A stretch of DNA of 63,405 nucleotides, filler included, from Sphacelaria rigidula (GCA_964200075.2; 6 parts of 6 records of this genome joined end to end with filler, not necessarily neighbours in it); one strand, 5' to 3'. Positions 12,348-26,100 are shown, counted from the whole stretch's first letter. A program made the numbers and translations. The notes: generated from the letters alone by a model not told the origin.

Positions 12348-13880
12348 GTGAACCTGACCATATCGAATCATGTAATTCCCAATCAATTTGATCGGGCTCC
12401 TTCCCCGCGATTTTCAAGACGCACGGACCTGCCTTCGGCCGGTTTGACTAACAACCGCCCCGACATATCTTCGGCTATGCCCCAACAGCCAAGCTTGCCT
12501 ACGGAAAGCAGCCCACAAGTGTCGCTCCGACATGCCTCGATGCTGATCCCATCCACACAACTGGACTCAGTTGTGGTTTTATCCCCAAATGTTTTGGAAG
12601 TTCCCCGACCTTTGTCACGGCGAAAGAGAAAGCCCCGTAAGCATGCCCCCAAGGACGCGCGCGCATCATTACGTACACCTCTTTCGAGCGGAAATCCTCG
12701 ACCTCAATCTCTCCAAAATGCGACGACTTTGAGCTCGACGGCTCTATCAAGTATCCCGGAAGAAATAAAATCACATGATTCTAACGGCACTACTTCTTCA
12801 ATCGACGACTCCAGCCCTGTACATTCTGGATCCCCCTTCGACGGTGATCCCTGTCAACCAAAGACGATGATTTACGAAATCGCCCCTGACCGTGCCACAC
12901 CTGGAAATAATATACCGTCCACCCCCTTCTCTGGTGAGACATCTGACCCACCGGCGGACAATCCGCCGTGCGTTTTTGCTGTCAGCTCCGCTGATCCTGA
13001 CCAGTTTACCTTGCTGGAACACGGTCCGGATCTTGTCGGCGGCAAAGTGTCTTTAGACCCGGCCACTTTCACTACTCGCGTTGCGATCCATGCCGGTCCA
13101 AACGCTATCACGCCTACGAAATGCGTATCCTTGTTGGACAGCGGCAGCCCGCAAACATTTATTCGAGAATCAACATGGAAACACATGAAACAGACTGGCG
13201 CTGCTACTGCAGCTTGTGAAACCACCACCGAACCTCGCGTGTGGGACGGTTTCGGTGATTCTTCCGCGCCACTGACGACACGAAAATCCGTACGTCTCAG
13301 TGTACAACTATTTCACAACACCACTCGATCTGCCAGCCTGGCCATCTGGGCATACATTGTCCCCGACAGCACAATGCATCACGCCATGTTATCGGGCAGA
13401 GATAGCTATATGCGGTTTAATAAACGAACCTACCGCACGCTTCCACCACAATCGCCACATTCCACGCCGCGTGGAGAGTTCAACCTCAAGCACTTCGGTA
13501 GTCTCCACGGCGCCCTGGCTTATCGAAAGAAACCTCAAGCAACCGGAGCTACTTACCACCTACGATATAACGGTAGTGTGGGTATTACACTTTTCGACGA
13601 CCCCCAACTTTTTGAAGATGCACTAGTTCGCCGAAATGGCATGCCAGCACTTACGGGCCATTATCTTGCCGAAATGTTACCCCGTATTGGCGCACCAGCC
13701 GACGCAGAACATTTTGTGTCGGCGGGACAACAACCCCTTCCTCTTACGGGCCATGCTAACTTGGAACCCGGCGATGGTTTAGGAATCACCGCTGCTCCCC
13801 TGATGCACATCCCACTCGAGACGTGCGTCACAGAGCCTGCCGCGCCAAACAGCTCATCTCCGGCGGAGTCAGTCCATTGT
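12348..13880 (+). pseudogene. Gypsy gag-tail/aspartic protease region
   Basis: Retropepsin motif CVSLLDSGS (~13123-13150) with downstream AMLSGRD. The 649-aa ORF leaves the true pol frame near 13880. Confidence 0.8.
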
Positions 13881-14089
13881 ATCGATGAACTCTATTTCGA
13901 TCTCGCTCTGCGACTCCACCCCAGGTCCACACCGTGGATCCTGCCCAATCAAATTCCGATCCTCCTCCTGAAGTGCTTTAACGCTCATCACCGGATTCTC
14001 GGAGTAGTTTCTTGCTCATGTGGAACCAACTGCCGCAACACATGCGCGACATCAATTTTGACCTTCATGGGCTCGGCTGGGAACCGACA

Positions 14090-15480
14090 GTCATCCAAGA
14101 ACTCAGTGATGTCCTGCTACAGTACCAAGATCGATTTTCCCGATCCAAGACGGATCTTGGGCATTGAAAAACATCGCCCTTTGAGGTTACCCTCCAACCC
14201 GGTGTCTCGCCGATTTCTTCTCGGCCATACCGTACCAACCCAATCCTTACCAAGAAAGTTAACGCCATCTTGGATGCGTATTTGGGAGCGGGGTTAATAC
14301 AACATTTCTCCTCTCCTTGGGCCTCGTCACTGGTGGTCGTCCCCAAAAAGGATGGAAACATACGCATAACCGTGAATTACCAACGGTTGAACCGCGTCAC
14401 TGTGGTCGGTAAACTTCCAATTCCCCGCATTGATGAAGTCTTCGACTCCTTGGGCGAAGGGAAAATATTCAGCACCTTCGCCCTCGCTTCTGGATTTTTT
14501 CGGAATGCTATACACCCTGACACAGTCCAACTGACGGATTTTTGTACCTCGTCCGGACTCTATGAGTGGCTTCGAATGCCACAAGGCGCCGCCACTGCCC
14601 CGGGATGCTTTCAACGCTGAATGTAACGCGTCACCAAGGGCCTCGAGCACATCATCATGTATTTGGATGACGCTATCGCTTTCGATGCCTCACCTATTGC
14701 ACATATACGCACTTTACGAGAATTTCTCTCTCGCCTACGCACGCACAATTTGAAACTGCCTCGATCCAAAGCTCGCCTTTGTGCGACTGACTTGGATTTC
14801 TTGGGGCATTCTATTTCGCCAGCGGGCCTGCATCCGGATACAAACAAAGTCAAGGCGATGACTGATTTGCCGATGCCAACTAACATTTCTCAACTTCGCT
14901 CATTGTTGGGCGGACTATCCTACTACCGTAAATGTTTGCCGAATTTGTCTAAACCGATTCGCCCCTTTCTGAGCTACTCAAGAAAGGAGCTGTGTTCTTT
15001 TTCACCACCGACATGGAGAATATCACCCGCCGACTACTTAAGACGCTTACCGAAAAGCCCGTACTTTGCTTTCCTGATTGGGAGGCAGTACAAGACGGCT
15101 CCTGCCTTTTCCAACTCCACACTGACGCCAGCACAAATAGATTTGGAGGAGTTTTGAATCAACCTTAGGTTGATGGCTCTGTCCGACCCATCCTTTATAT
15201 CAGCCGCGCTACCCTGCCCAACGAGGCCAATTGGAGCCCGCTAGAACTGGAAGGCGGAGTAATCACTTGGGCCATGAAGCGCCTTCGATAATATCCGTTT
15301 CACGTGCCCTTCGAGATCTATGCGGATCATGAAGCACTTGAACAACTCGCCAAGGTTGGTGAACACAACCCTCGTGTTCAACGATGGTTGGAGTTTCTAA
15401 CAGCATACCAGTATACAATTGAGCATCGTCCAGCCAGGCAAAACCAACGGGAACGCAGATCTTCTTTCCCGCCTACTTCT
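14090..15480 (+). pseudogene. Gypsy reverse transcriptase-RNase H (disrupted)
   Basis: SRPYRTNP, LPIPRIDEVFDSL, LYEWLRMPQG, MYLDDAI, FLGHSIS, QLRSLLGGLSYYRK, RVQRWLEFL. In-frame stops (e.g. 14618) and frameshifts. Confidence 0.92.
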
Positions 15481-16439
15481 GCCGCCTACGGCCGCAAATT
15501 CCAGCCCGGCTTGCCGTTTAACGGAACCCGATGAACCCGGAATTCACGCGATCAGACGTTTTTCAACGCCCGTTTACGCCCTCGACCTCCAGTGCCCGGA
15601 AACCGGTATGCATATGGGAGGACCTCGCCCTCTACCATATGACGCCGTCTTGGGTGGGTTGAAGCCCACTACCTCCGATTTTGTCGATTTTCGCACTTTC
15701 GGTACTCGCGCGAAACTCTTCGTGGAGACACCTCCAGTCACCTACCTTATCTCCGACAACACGCGCTCCCGGTCTGCCGCCCGCACCACACCGAGTGCCC
15801 CGCCGCCACCAATAACACCTTCAACCTCTATGAGCCACCCAGCACAAGTTCCACGGTCCAACACACGAAGCTCCGCGAAAACTTCTGCGTCGTGCGCCAC
15901 GCGCCGCGAACAATCTTCGCCGCGCACTGATACAACCTCGCCGCCAATAACGGCGCCGCAAACATCTCCTACCTCCGAGCACGGAACTGACGACTCGTCC
16001 CCTGCTCCCGGGACAGATATTGACGTCGGCATTTTTGCCCCGTCGCCTATTCTCCCGTCGCCTATTCCCCCGTTGCCTGCCCCACCATGTTTGGTCGACT
16101 CGCCAGCGGAAGGTCAACTATGCGAGTTTCTCGCCGGCTACTCCAACCGCGATTGGGATCGCGAACAGAACGCAGAAGCGCTATGTCGCGCAGTCATCCG
16201 GTACTTACAACTTGACTGTCCAGTCCCTTTTCCGTCTACTCTTCTGGCCCCGGTTGGTGCACTGCCACCACCAGTTATTTCTGACGTATAGCTCGTGCGT
16301 AAAGGCACCCTTTTTACCACGGATGAAGACGTGCAACCTCTCGTACGTCGGCCCACGCCCTTGACAGGCGCAATTGCCGCCTCAACTACGAGACGCACCG
16401 CACGACTAGTCAATGACGATTCAACGCGCATATATGTGT

Positions 16440-18590
16440 CATTATTCATGCGTCCCTAGGTCATGAAAGGCTGCCACACGGACTTGTCATGTCACCTTGG
16501 CCTCACCCGCACCCTCGCGCTCTTGGAACGCTTCTACTAGTGGGTTGGCATGGAAATTTCAACCCGCTTCTGGATTCGGCGATGCTTTAAATGCCAAGCC
16601 CGCAAAACTTCACGACAGATAGTACGCTGCCCCGTGGTCTCTATGGGACTCCCCGACGAGCCCGGCCACCTTGTGTCCTTTGATTACGTCGGCCCTCTCC
16701 CGACCACAGGTCGCAGCAACACCTACATCTTACTCTTCACTGATCGCTTTAGCCGCCACGCGTCCATATACGCGGTGACTGCCGCAGATTTCACTGCCGC
16801 CGGAACGGCCGACATACTGGTCCATGATTACATTAAGCACTACGGCTGCCCAAAGCGACTACTTTCAGACAATGGTCAGCAATTTTGTTCAGACCTCTCT
16901 GATGAGCTTTACAAGCTCCTGGGCATCCGCAAAATTGCCACGAGCGCCTACCACCCGAACGGTAACGGTGATACCGAAAGAGTCAATCACACCATGGCCC
17001 AGATGCTCTCTATGGTCGTCAATGACCGCCAAAATGACTGGGACCTACATCTCTCGCACATCATGTTGTCCTACAACAACTCGGACGTTACCCTCGGCTG
17101 CCTATCACCGTGTTTGAGCGACACACGTTCGACGACCACCAAGGATTGGATCAGGATCAGCTATCCTGTCACCAGCTAGCGCACGCGCGACAACGCAAAG
17201 CGTTTACCCTCGTGCGCAAACAACACATTATCAATGCCTCGCGCCTGGAGAGATCTAACACTGCTCTCCACAACCTCATGCACAAACGCCCTAACTGGAC
17301 AGTTGGTGATTGGATTTGGATCTACAACAGCTTGTCGACGATCCGCCAAGGCACCAGCAAGGCAGCCAACGAAACAATTTTGAAGACAAAACTATCCCTC
17401 AATTGGACAGGACCATTCAAGATCCTGACAGTCGGACAATCGTCATCATCACCGGATGAAAAAGCCGTTGGTGACAAACTGCTCTATCTCGACTTACCTC
17501 GCGACTTCCAGGGCAAAGACACCAAGCCCCGCGTTTCCGTGCACAGATGCAAACCCTGCACGAACCCGCATGGTACAAGCGACATGCCCAAGTACCTGCC
17601 TTCCGGACTCACACAGTATGTTTTCAACAGCTACTCGACCAAGTCCCCGCCCTACCACGTTACCACCGACGACGTGACGGAACAGCCCCTTCGGTTGGCT
17701 GTATCCTCCATTTCCGGCCACCAGATAACCCGTGGTCGAGGAGGCAAGATCACTGTCATGTATAAGACACACTGGCACGGTCTTCGGAGAGCGTAGAGAG
17801 CGTCTTGGGAACGCGAATCCGACCTACAATTGCACCGTCGTGCAATCCTCCTGTACTGGACGCAATCCCAACATCAGCATCTTGCTCACAACAAGAAATA
17901 TCGCAACATGCGCCGTGGCGCAGCAGCCCGCGAACTTCACCGCAATCAGGGACTACGCTTTGTCGCCGATGGTTACGAACTTTCATCCTCCAAGACTTGT
18001 AAGACGAGCTTCTTCGCGAACCAGTGACTCCTGCCCAAGGGCAACTGCCTTTGGTTCAAAGGCAGCGACAACCTCTGGTGGTTGGGTCAGGCCCACTCCG
18101 CTAACATCAACGTTTTTGTGAGATTGAGAGTAGAGCGCTGATTGAGAGTGGCTTTGATAATTCGCTCTAACTTCGCCAATTTTCATTTCGGGTGTGTTTC
18201 TCTTTGCCTCTATCACTTACATGTCCTTACAGCTACGCGTCGATGTCCTACTCGGGGATATCAAGGGCCTCAGTGGCAAGCTACTGTAGAAAGCATGTTG
18301 GGCTTCGTGGAGGAACATTTCGGGACTGAAACGATTCATTCACTAATTGACCGCTTTTCACTCTCAATCCTATCCTCTACTCTCAATCTCACGAACACAT
18401 TGTTTAACCTGGTTTCGGCCGACACATACATCGTGCGCTTCATCGATGACCCTGGATCCATACAGCTCAAGCTTCGGCCAGCACTATACACCACCAGCCC
18501 ATCTGCAGAACGCGGATCCTGGTGTCTCCAGCGCCTCAAGTCCAAAGGACTTTGCCGCGGTCTCCAGCGCAACATCGACCCTCACGACGT
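16440..18590 (+). pseudogene. Gypsy integrase with GPY/F motif, chromodomain and Tudor-like C-terminal extension (disrupted)
   Basis: CH...CHLGLTRT...CFKCQ zinc finger; FDYVG / SDNG / TERVN catalytic core; WTGPFKIL; YKTHWHGLRRA*RASWERESDL chromodomain; KGNCLWFKGSDNLWWLG...TYIVRFIDDPG. Confidence 0.88.
18104..18404. mobile_element. MITE family A copy inserted into the Gypsy integrase tail
   Basis: Reverse-orientation homolog of 4765-5062, TA at 18102-18103 and 18405-18406. Removing it restores the frame WLGQAHSAN-LVSADTYIVRF. Confidence 0.9.
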
Positions 18591-19699
18591 CCATGCCCCG
18601 CTTTGGATCACGCTTCTTTGTCACGACTGCTGCCCCACCCCCATTTTTTTCGTAAGCATTGTCTGCCCTCCTTTCTCCACCAGGATCCTCTTCTACAACA
18701 CCACAACAGCGCGACCTACATCGGACGACGATCAAGAATTACTGAGACGACCACTACCTACGGCTGCTGGAGCTATAGTATCCCCTTCAGCTGGCGCTCG
18801 ATCTCGTTGGATCACCGATTTTTAGATTTCCGATCTTGCAGTTTTTAGCACCTTTGGGTTCCCCCAGGTTGAAGCTCTGCTCCCTGTTGTACCTCCCTGT
18901 TTCCCCCCCTTGACTTTTGCTAGGACGCCGAAGCAATGTGTGCTTCTTCGTTGCTCGCGTACACGCCGAAGCCGTTTGTGCTTCCGCGTTTCGGAGCAGT
19001 TTTTTCTGCTCCTCTAAGCAGTCTATGCTTCCCTCCTTTTGAGGTGTGGGGGTGGGTACAGGATTATTGGTACGGGAATCTTAGGCACGGGAGTGTTCCT
19101 TTGGGTATGCTTTATTAGCCGCTCATGACATGACGAGTAGAGAAAAACCTTAGTTTTCGCTGCCTTGAGGATAAATCCTCGCAGCTGTAATAAAGGTTTG
19201 TTTGGGTGGGTTAGTGTCATGAAGACGCATATTAGCCTGATTGTCATGCCGCTTCAGACCCGTTGTCGAGTCTGGCTATTTGCTTTGTTTCAGTAGCCAA
19301 GACTACAGGTCTGCTCAAATTTGGTCGGGTGCGAATGTAGACCTGTATAATTTCAGGGATGATACTGGCTTTGGTCGCTAACCACGACCAAAACTCCCAT
19401 CATCGAACACTACCAACTGCTCCCCTACTGCTTTCCAGCAAAAGAAGTCTAACCATCGGTGAGACGTATTGACTGGTGTGGATTGGATTGATTAATTGGG
19501 TACTGGAGTTGGAATCAAGGCAATCAAGAAGAAGTTAAAAGGACCACCGCGTGAGCTACTTGTCTGATATTCGGACGCTGAGCTTGGGTGCGGCTTATAC
19601 AAGCTATAGCAGCCTGTCGGTTGTTTGCTCGCCCCGAAAGCTTGTGCCCTGGGTTGCAAGCTGCGTCCCTGCAATATACTACCGCTTGCTCTTCATTCC

Positions 19700-20000
19700 A
19701 GTCGCGGGTTCGAGTCTCAGAGCGATCTCGTATTTTTTTCAAACCATGCCCATCAGTGGAGCACGACCATGTCGTGAGTGTACAAAAATTCGAGTTCACG
19801 ATCGACGAGGGAAGGGACCGCTGAAGCCCTCTCGCGATAAAAAATAAGGCTGGCACCGCAGAAGGAAGGTGGAGTACTAAAACGAAAGAAAAAGGAAAAA
19901 GCTCCTGTGTTGGCCTTCCTTTGGTGTGGCCCCGGCTGATGCGCCCAGATATACCGAAAGGCGTAGACTGGCGTCCCGAATAAAAGGGAGTTATCAACTG
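19700..20000 (+). mobile_element. tRNA-derived SINE family copy (5' divergent or truncated; B-box GGGTTCGAGTC retained)
   Basis: Body aligns by eye with 34381-34720 and 53453-53794 (CAGTGGAG, GCACCGCAGAAGGAAGGTGGAGT, GCGCCCA, GTAGAC.GGCGTCC). Confidence 0.8.
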
Positions 20001-20054
20001 AGCCACCATCCTGGTACACAACTATTATGCTGTACAGTAGTAGCAGCTGGATTG

Positions 20055-20317
20055 CCGCTAGAGTGGTGCTACGGTAGGGGTGCACATATATTTTGTGAGG
20101 TTGAACGTTTCAGGAACACTTTGTCTCTTCGGAAAAACGACTTATGAAATATTTGACAGTACGCCAGGATCAATCACTATTCCAACGTGCTGGGGATACC
20201 TCGACGGAATTTGTGAACGGGGATGCCCTGACCCATGTTCTTGTACATCTTGAATCATTATGAGCCACTGAACCAGATACGATTTGCGAAAAAAGTACAC
20301 CCCTACCGTAGCATCGC
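20055..20317. mobile_element. Small non-autonomous inverted-repeat element, family B
   Basis: TGCTACGGTAGGGGTG(C)AC at ~20067-20085 and GTACACCCCTACCGTAGCA at 20295-20313. Related shorter copy at 35225-35374. Confidence 0.65.
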
Positions 20318-21071
20318 CAGCTGGCTGCTCAGACGTCGTGCACTGTTGCAAAGCTTCGACGCGGGTAGAAAGAAACTTCCATGTTGGTAGCAATGTGCAT
20401 GTACTGTACCACGGTAGTGGAGAAGTACAGTACAGTAGTCAAAGCGTAAACAGTCGATCGCTGCAGCGCAGGCAGAGCCGCAAGCACAGAGAACGGTGCC
20501 AGCAGGGATAGCCGCCTGTGGAATCGGGATGCAGCGAGTAAGTGGGCAGCAGGAAAGTACTTGACGGAGCGTGTTGACACGGTCATAACGTATAGACATT
20601 TAGGATTACAGTATCATTATAGTGAAAAATCAATGTGTGTTACATGACGGCTCGTTTGAGCATGATATCGGTGATCAAGCCCTGCGAGAGAGCAACAAAC
20701 GAGGATCAATCAATCTGTAAACAAGTGAGAAGAAGTTTCTTCTCTGATTAATAGTCATGTACACCTTCCGCGTGAAATAGGAAGGAAAAGCGGTCATTCC
20801 AGTGAGTCAGATACTCACTCGATGTAACGCTGGTTGACCGATATGACATCCACCGTGTCATGTGTAAGATCACCTGCTCATGCTATTTTCGTCCGCGAGG
20901 GTCAGATAAACGAAGATGTCCCTGAACGAGTGCTGGTGCTGGACAACGATTGTCACGTGTAAACGCTGTGCCGAGAATATTTTCACCTTCCAAGGCCTGA
21001 GTGAAGATGATATCCCCGGCCAAGTGCTCATGGTTAAAGACGAGTATCATGTTTAAGGTCTCTTGCTCTTT

Positions 21072-21171
21072 NNNNNNNNNNNNNNNNNNNNNNNNNNNNN
21101 NNNNNNNNNNNNNNNTTAATTAATTAANNNNNNNNNNNNNNNNNNNNNNNNNNNNNNNNNNNNNNNNNNNN
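21072..21171. other. Artificial contig-joining linker
   Basis: Same 100-bp N/TTAATTAATTAA spacer. Confidence 0.98.
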
Positions 21172-23150
21172 GTGTAGACACAACACAGCCGATTTGATCA
21201 GAGCAAACTATATGGTTCGTGGTACTTTATGTTGGGAGAATGAATTGCCCCTTGTACACGAGCGCATACAAGATATCAGCACCACATGGCAGGACAGAAG
21301 ATACATACGCATACCCTTCAAAACGAAGCTTGTCCCATGTTGCATTGTTCACATGTTGTTATTGGTGTTCACAGTCAGTTACGGAAAACATCATTGCTGT
21401 CTCCCGACTGTGAAAGGTTCAAAGGACCGCAGTAAAAATTGGGCGCACCGGCTTGGCTTATGCGGCGGACCTCTAACACTCTGGCATGAAACAGACGCGT
21501 GAAACTTTTCGGTGACCGCGTTGAGCCTTTCGGTGGCTGCCTTGAGTTTTGTTTCAGCCTTCTCTGCGCGTTGAGGCGCCGCCTTGACCTTGCGCGCGGT
21601 CGCCAGGGCACAGGTCAAGTATCTTTATCGGGAAGACTCCAGAGTCTAAAGGAACTGACCCATCTTTTCCCTGGTGCACGTCTCACATCTTAACATTGTG
21701 GATTGAATCAGCACTCCCGCACCGCGTCGAATGTCGTGAAATAATTGATTGCACTCACCCCACTGTTTCGATGACGAGCATCTGCCGGGATCGGAACGCA
21801 ATCCCCCCCTTTAACAGGTTTCAGTTGTACCAGCTAGACCACCGGAGCACGGCGGCATTTAAGGCAGATAATCATTCAATCATTCAATGGTGTGGGTTGG
21901 TTTTACCACGTAGGTAGGTTGGGCCTACTCCTGTTCGAGGACAAGTAGTGATAACCAATACCAACTAAAATTAATGCACCGCGTTGAATCTCGCGCCAGC
22001 AACGGAGGGGCAATATATTCACCTGGAGAATCCCTCGCTAATGAAAACGTGAAAGAGATGATGCTCGTGACGATGTCATCCCAGGCCAACAACGAGATGC
22101 TCGGTGGCATCATGTTCATCTGCATCACGGTTCGACCACGACTTGCAGCAAGTAACGTGTACAGTTATGGGGGTGAATGAAGGCCTTACCGACCAAAAGT
22201 CCGGTTCCCACAAAAAGAAAAATGAATGCGGACGGATATTGAAGACGTATTGAAAACGTCATAGACTGGTCGGGCCTGTGCCGAACCTCTGCCGAAAATG
22301 ACACACGCTCCATCCCAAGTTACCCAGGTTTAGTATGCGACAGATGTAATTTTCTTCATCGAAATCATCTCGAGAGAGAACGCACAGTGGCCTCTGGAAC
22401 TTCACAGCCCTCAGCACACACAGAACACCTGTACAGCAGCGCAAGCAGGTTTGCTCCATTCGCCACAGGGGACCCCAAAAGTCCCAGAACGTTGCAGGAA
22501 ACGCATCTTTCAGAACATTTCGTGTTTGGTGCAGCGGTTTCTAAAGTTCTGGGCACGCGCACGGAAATATGTCGCCACACTGTACAGTTCCGGTTTATGG
22601 GAAGCGCACGCATCAAACCGCAGTCGAATCCTCTACTGGTTGCCGAGAAAATAGAGTTGAAAAATCGGCAGTTGTGGGTTGAGAACCAGCAGCTTTTGCG
22701 GAGGTGAAAAATGGGAAATTCTCAGAAGCACGGTGTTTCGAAGTCTTAAAAGAGAAAATCGAAATTCCGCGAAACATGGGCGAAGTACAAGGAAAGAACC
22801 GATCAAGACTTGGGGGAATATATCTATTCAGAAAACAAAAGCCAAACAAAGTTTTGATAATAAAAACGAAAAATAACCGGTACACTGGGAATCCATCGGT
22901 GATGTCAATGTGAACAAAGACCTAACTCTTTATTACTATTTTATGCATCATACATACACTTAGCTTGTGCCATCCCCGCCCCCCCCCCATGAAGCAAACA
23001 CAATGCTCAACCATTCAAGCCTTTCCCGTCAACACACTTGCGTGAAGCCCTCAATGATTGATTCCCCGCAGTGACTGACGATTCCCATCCGATGATCGAT
23101 CACCTCAGTGAAAGCGTTGTACTGTTCAATTCCCAATCCGAAAAAAATAG

Positions 23151-26100
23151 GCGGTCGTCACCTGCGGTTGGCGTGGGTCCACTCTCTACCGGCAAAAGAG
23201 CAAGGCTGGCCTGGTCGCGAAGGTATGGCGCGCATACGGATAGACACAGCGCTGCGAGCGGCAGATCCGGCCGTGCTCATCATGGCGGGAGTTCCAAGCG
23301 CAACCGCCAGGGACCCGGTTGTTGAGATCGAAGTACGCACTGTCCCGCCGCATTTCATAGAGCCGTGGGCAACTGTCGAGGTGATTCGAGATGCTACAGA
23401 TGGTAGCAAAAGCGTACCCCTCCGGCCCGAGGCTGCACTTGAGATCCTCCGTGGTTCCGTCGTTCGAACGAGTGGTGTCATACACCTCCTTGCCTCCCCT
23501 ACAGACAGCAACTGCCAAGGTATGAGCCTGCGCTGTAGGCGAGGAGCGGACGGCGCCACTGCCGTAGGTGCCGCCGCAAACCCCAAGGCTGCCGTCGAGG
23601 ATGGTCTTCGTGCAGCGGCCGCACAAAGCGACACCGAACGCACCGTAATAGTAGACATGAACTCTGGGCCGTGCCGGGCGTCCCGCCGCGTTACAAAGCA
23701 CAGCGACGACGGTCGTACGCGAGGGGGTCGAGGCGACGCAGAAGATAAAAGATGCGGAAGGACGTCACGGAGCGATGAGGGCGTGGGGCAAGCCGGACCG
23801 GATCACAACTACCGGGGAAGGGGAGCCAGAACGAGAGACCGCGGAGGAAACTTGCGAGAGCTCGACTCAGACAATGATGGTCGTCACAAAGGTAGCGAAA
23901 GACCGCGGCGGCACGGTGTCGATGGCGTACGTGGTGGGAGGGAGCGACGAGATGAGAAGGCTGGGTGTGGAGAAGAAATTGCGCCGACGCCAATTGTTGC
24001 TACGGCGGAGGAGGGGCATGGTGTTGGCGACAGAACGTTAGATGGGGGAAATCGGGGGAAAGGGTGTGAGGAGTGGGCTACCGAGGCAGGGAGGGATTGG
24101 GCGTCGCGGTTGTACGATTGGGGAGTGGTGACCGAGAGCACCAAGGTATTGGTGCCCAGCAGCGCGATTGAGGTGTGGTATCACGACACTGAGCATACGG
24201 CCGATGGTGATCCTACGGTTGAAGAGAAGGGTGCGTGCTTGAAAGGTAGCAGGCGAGGTGTTTGGCGGCAGCCTGTATCCCACGGTGTGGCAGTATGCAT
24301 GATGATACACAACCGATTAAATCTTGCCGTGATGTTATAGAAGATGGAATCGCGATGACTGTGGTACATGATACTCGACGGTTTCTACACCGCACGCGTG
24401 ATTTCCCCGCGGCAATGTACCGTCATATCGGAAAAGGAGGCCTGCACCCATACGTACACGATTTTCTTGTGACCCTTGACGTAGAATCGTGGTTGTTTTC
24501 CAAGGCGTGTCGTTGTCGCCCGCGAAGCTCAACGCAAATATATCGATGTACGCCGTTTTGTTTCAGTTGAGCGCAATGAGTGTGCCGTGCATGGTGTTTT
24601 CGAGGGAGGCAAATGGTATGCTGTCCCCCGTACAGCGCTGCAGCACAAACGAGTATTGACGCATGACTCGTCGCGACCAACGACATTTCCGGGGGATCTA
24701 TACAATGGCGTGTTGTCCACGAACCAGTGTGACATTATGGCCACTGTGTGCCGAATTGAACGTAGTAGCCTACAGTGCGAACGCGCTTGGAACGGCCAAA
24801 CTACGTCGATTGTACCACATCTCGTGCGCTCCGTGAGGGGAAGCAATGGCGGGCCAGGTTAATGCAACGGTGAGGGATTTTTCGGGCAGTCCTTGTGCCG
24901 TTCCTCTGTTACCACTGTCCCGAAGCTTCATAGTGTCAATTCAACAACATCCGAAAGTTGTAAACTGTATGGCTATCATCGCCGCCCCCGCCCTACCTCT
25001 CCCTGACACGCATGATGAGTAGTTGAAGGCGAGTGATGAGTCACGGCTTCAACACTCCGCCTTGGTATACCCTCCACCGAGATGGTGATGCCGCGCTTAA
25101 CTGTTCACATGTTTGCATTGGGCGCCGTCTCTGTTTTTACCGACAGCTTAGCAGTCGTTCCCGTCGACATACCTACCCTTGCCTACCTGCTCGTCTAGAC
25201 AAACGGCACAAGAGTGCCAGGGAGTTTGATTCATCCATGTAATAGGTTGCTGATACGTCAATTTTCCAATTCGACCGTGTGTTGAGACTTCCTGTACCGA
25301 GCATTCGCATTCAACTATGCGGTACGTCCATCACGTCTGTGTACTTCTGTTTTTGGTTTTGGTACGTGTACGTATGCATTTTCTAGGGAGTCTGGAAGAC
25401 CCCACTTCGTCGGTGGAATCAGTCCTGCGAAGCCACGACCCTGCGCTAGTCCGAGACCTCTCCATCAGCCTGGACCTCGCTCCCCCGACATTAGCCAACT
25501 CTAGCCAGTTGGTGCGGCGCGGTGACGACCGCGTGACGACTGTCGAGATGGAAGATGATGCAGGCACGATAGAAGAGACCGCGCAAGGCTCTGCTGTCGG
25601 ATGCGGGATTGGGGTGTTCCGTGGCGGCGCTGGCGCTGGCGCAAACGCAGACGAAAGAAGTAACGGAAACGGTGCGGTACTTGTGCACGGTCCTCCCGGA
25701 GTGGGCAAGACGCGCCTGGTGAGGGAAACCACGATCCGCATTAATGGAGAGGCAGAGCACGATTGGTACTATTGCTGAGAAGACGCGATGGGAGAGATCC
25801 TCGTGTTGTTGATGCTAGTGTGGGAAAAGGCTGCGCCCTTTTGCGTGTAAGGGGCTGTTGTCGCTGCGGGTGTTCGCTGTTGTTGTGTTTGCAGCACCCC
25901 CAACGCGCGCCGAATGTAGATCAGGTACGTGCGGTATTCTTTAAGGTCCATGTATCGTGCTGACGGTGATAGCAATCACCCAGCCCGGTGCGCAGTACAC
26001 GGCACGTCATGTCCTTCCGCTCCGGTTACTGTAAGCCATTTCTTTTGGTGCGAATAGTGCCTCGTGTATCCCGTCGCGCCGTCTCGCCCCGTCAATGTGC

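Larger units (their letters stand above)
11880..19060 (+). mobile_element. Degenerate Ty3/Gypsy (chromovirus-like) LTR retrotransposon internal region; LTR pair not identified
   Basis: Domain order PR-RT-RH-IN: protease LLDSGSPQTFI; RT SPWASSLVVVPKKDGNIRITVNY and YLDD; RNase H HTDAS...LELEG...IYADH; integrase HHCC, DDE and WTGPF; chromodomain; G-rich PPT-like tract ~19041-19057. Many stops and frameshifts. Boundaries approximate. Confidence 0.93.

Noticed and set aside
12348-14297. Intact 649-aa gene
   Set aside because: Part of the decayed Gypsy polyprotein; the last ~140 codons are out of the true pol frame.
18142-18825. Separate 227-aa ORF downstream of integrase (env-like or accessory)
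   Set aside because: Chimera of MITE sequence and the resumed integrase tail.
23108-24340. Stand-alone 410-aa gene
   Set aside because: Starts at GTG, has an acceptor at 23150 and phase-compatible donors; better explained as an internal exon of the AAA gene.
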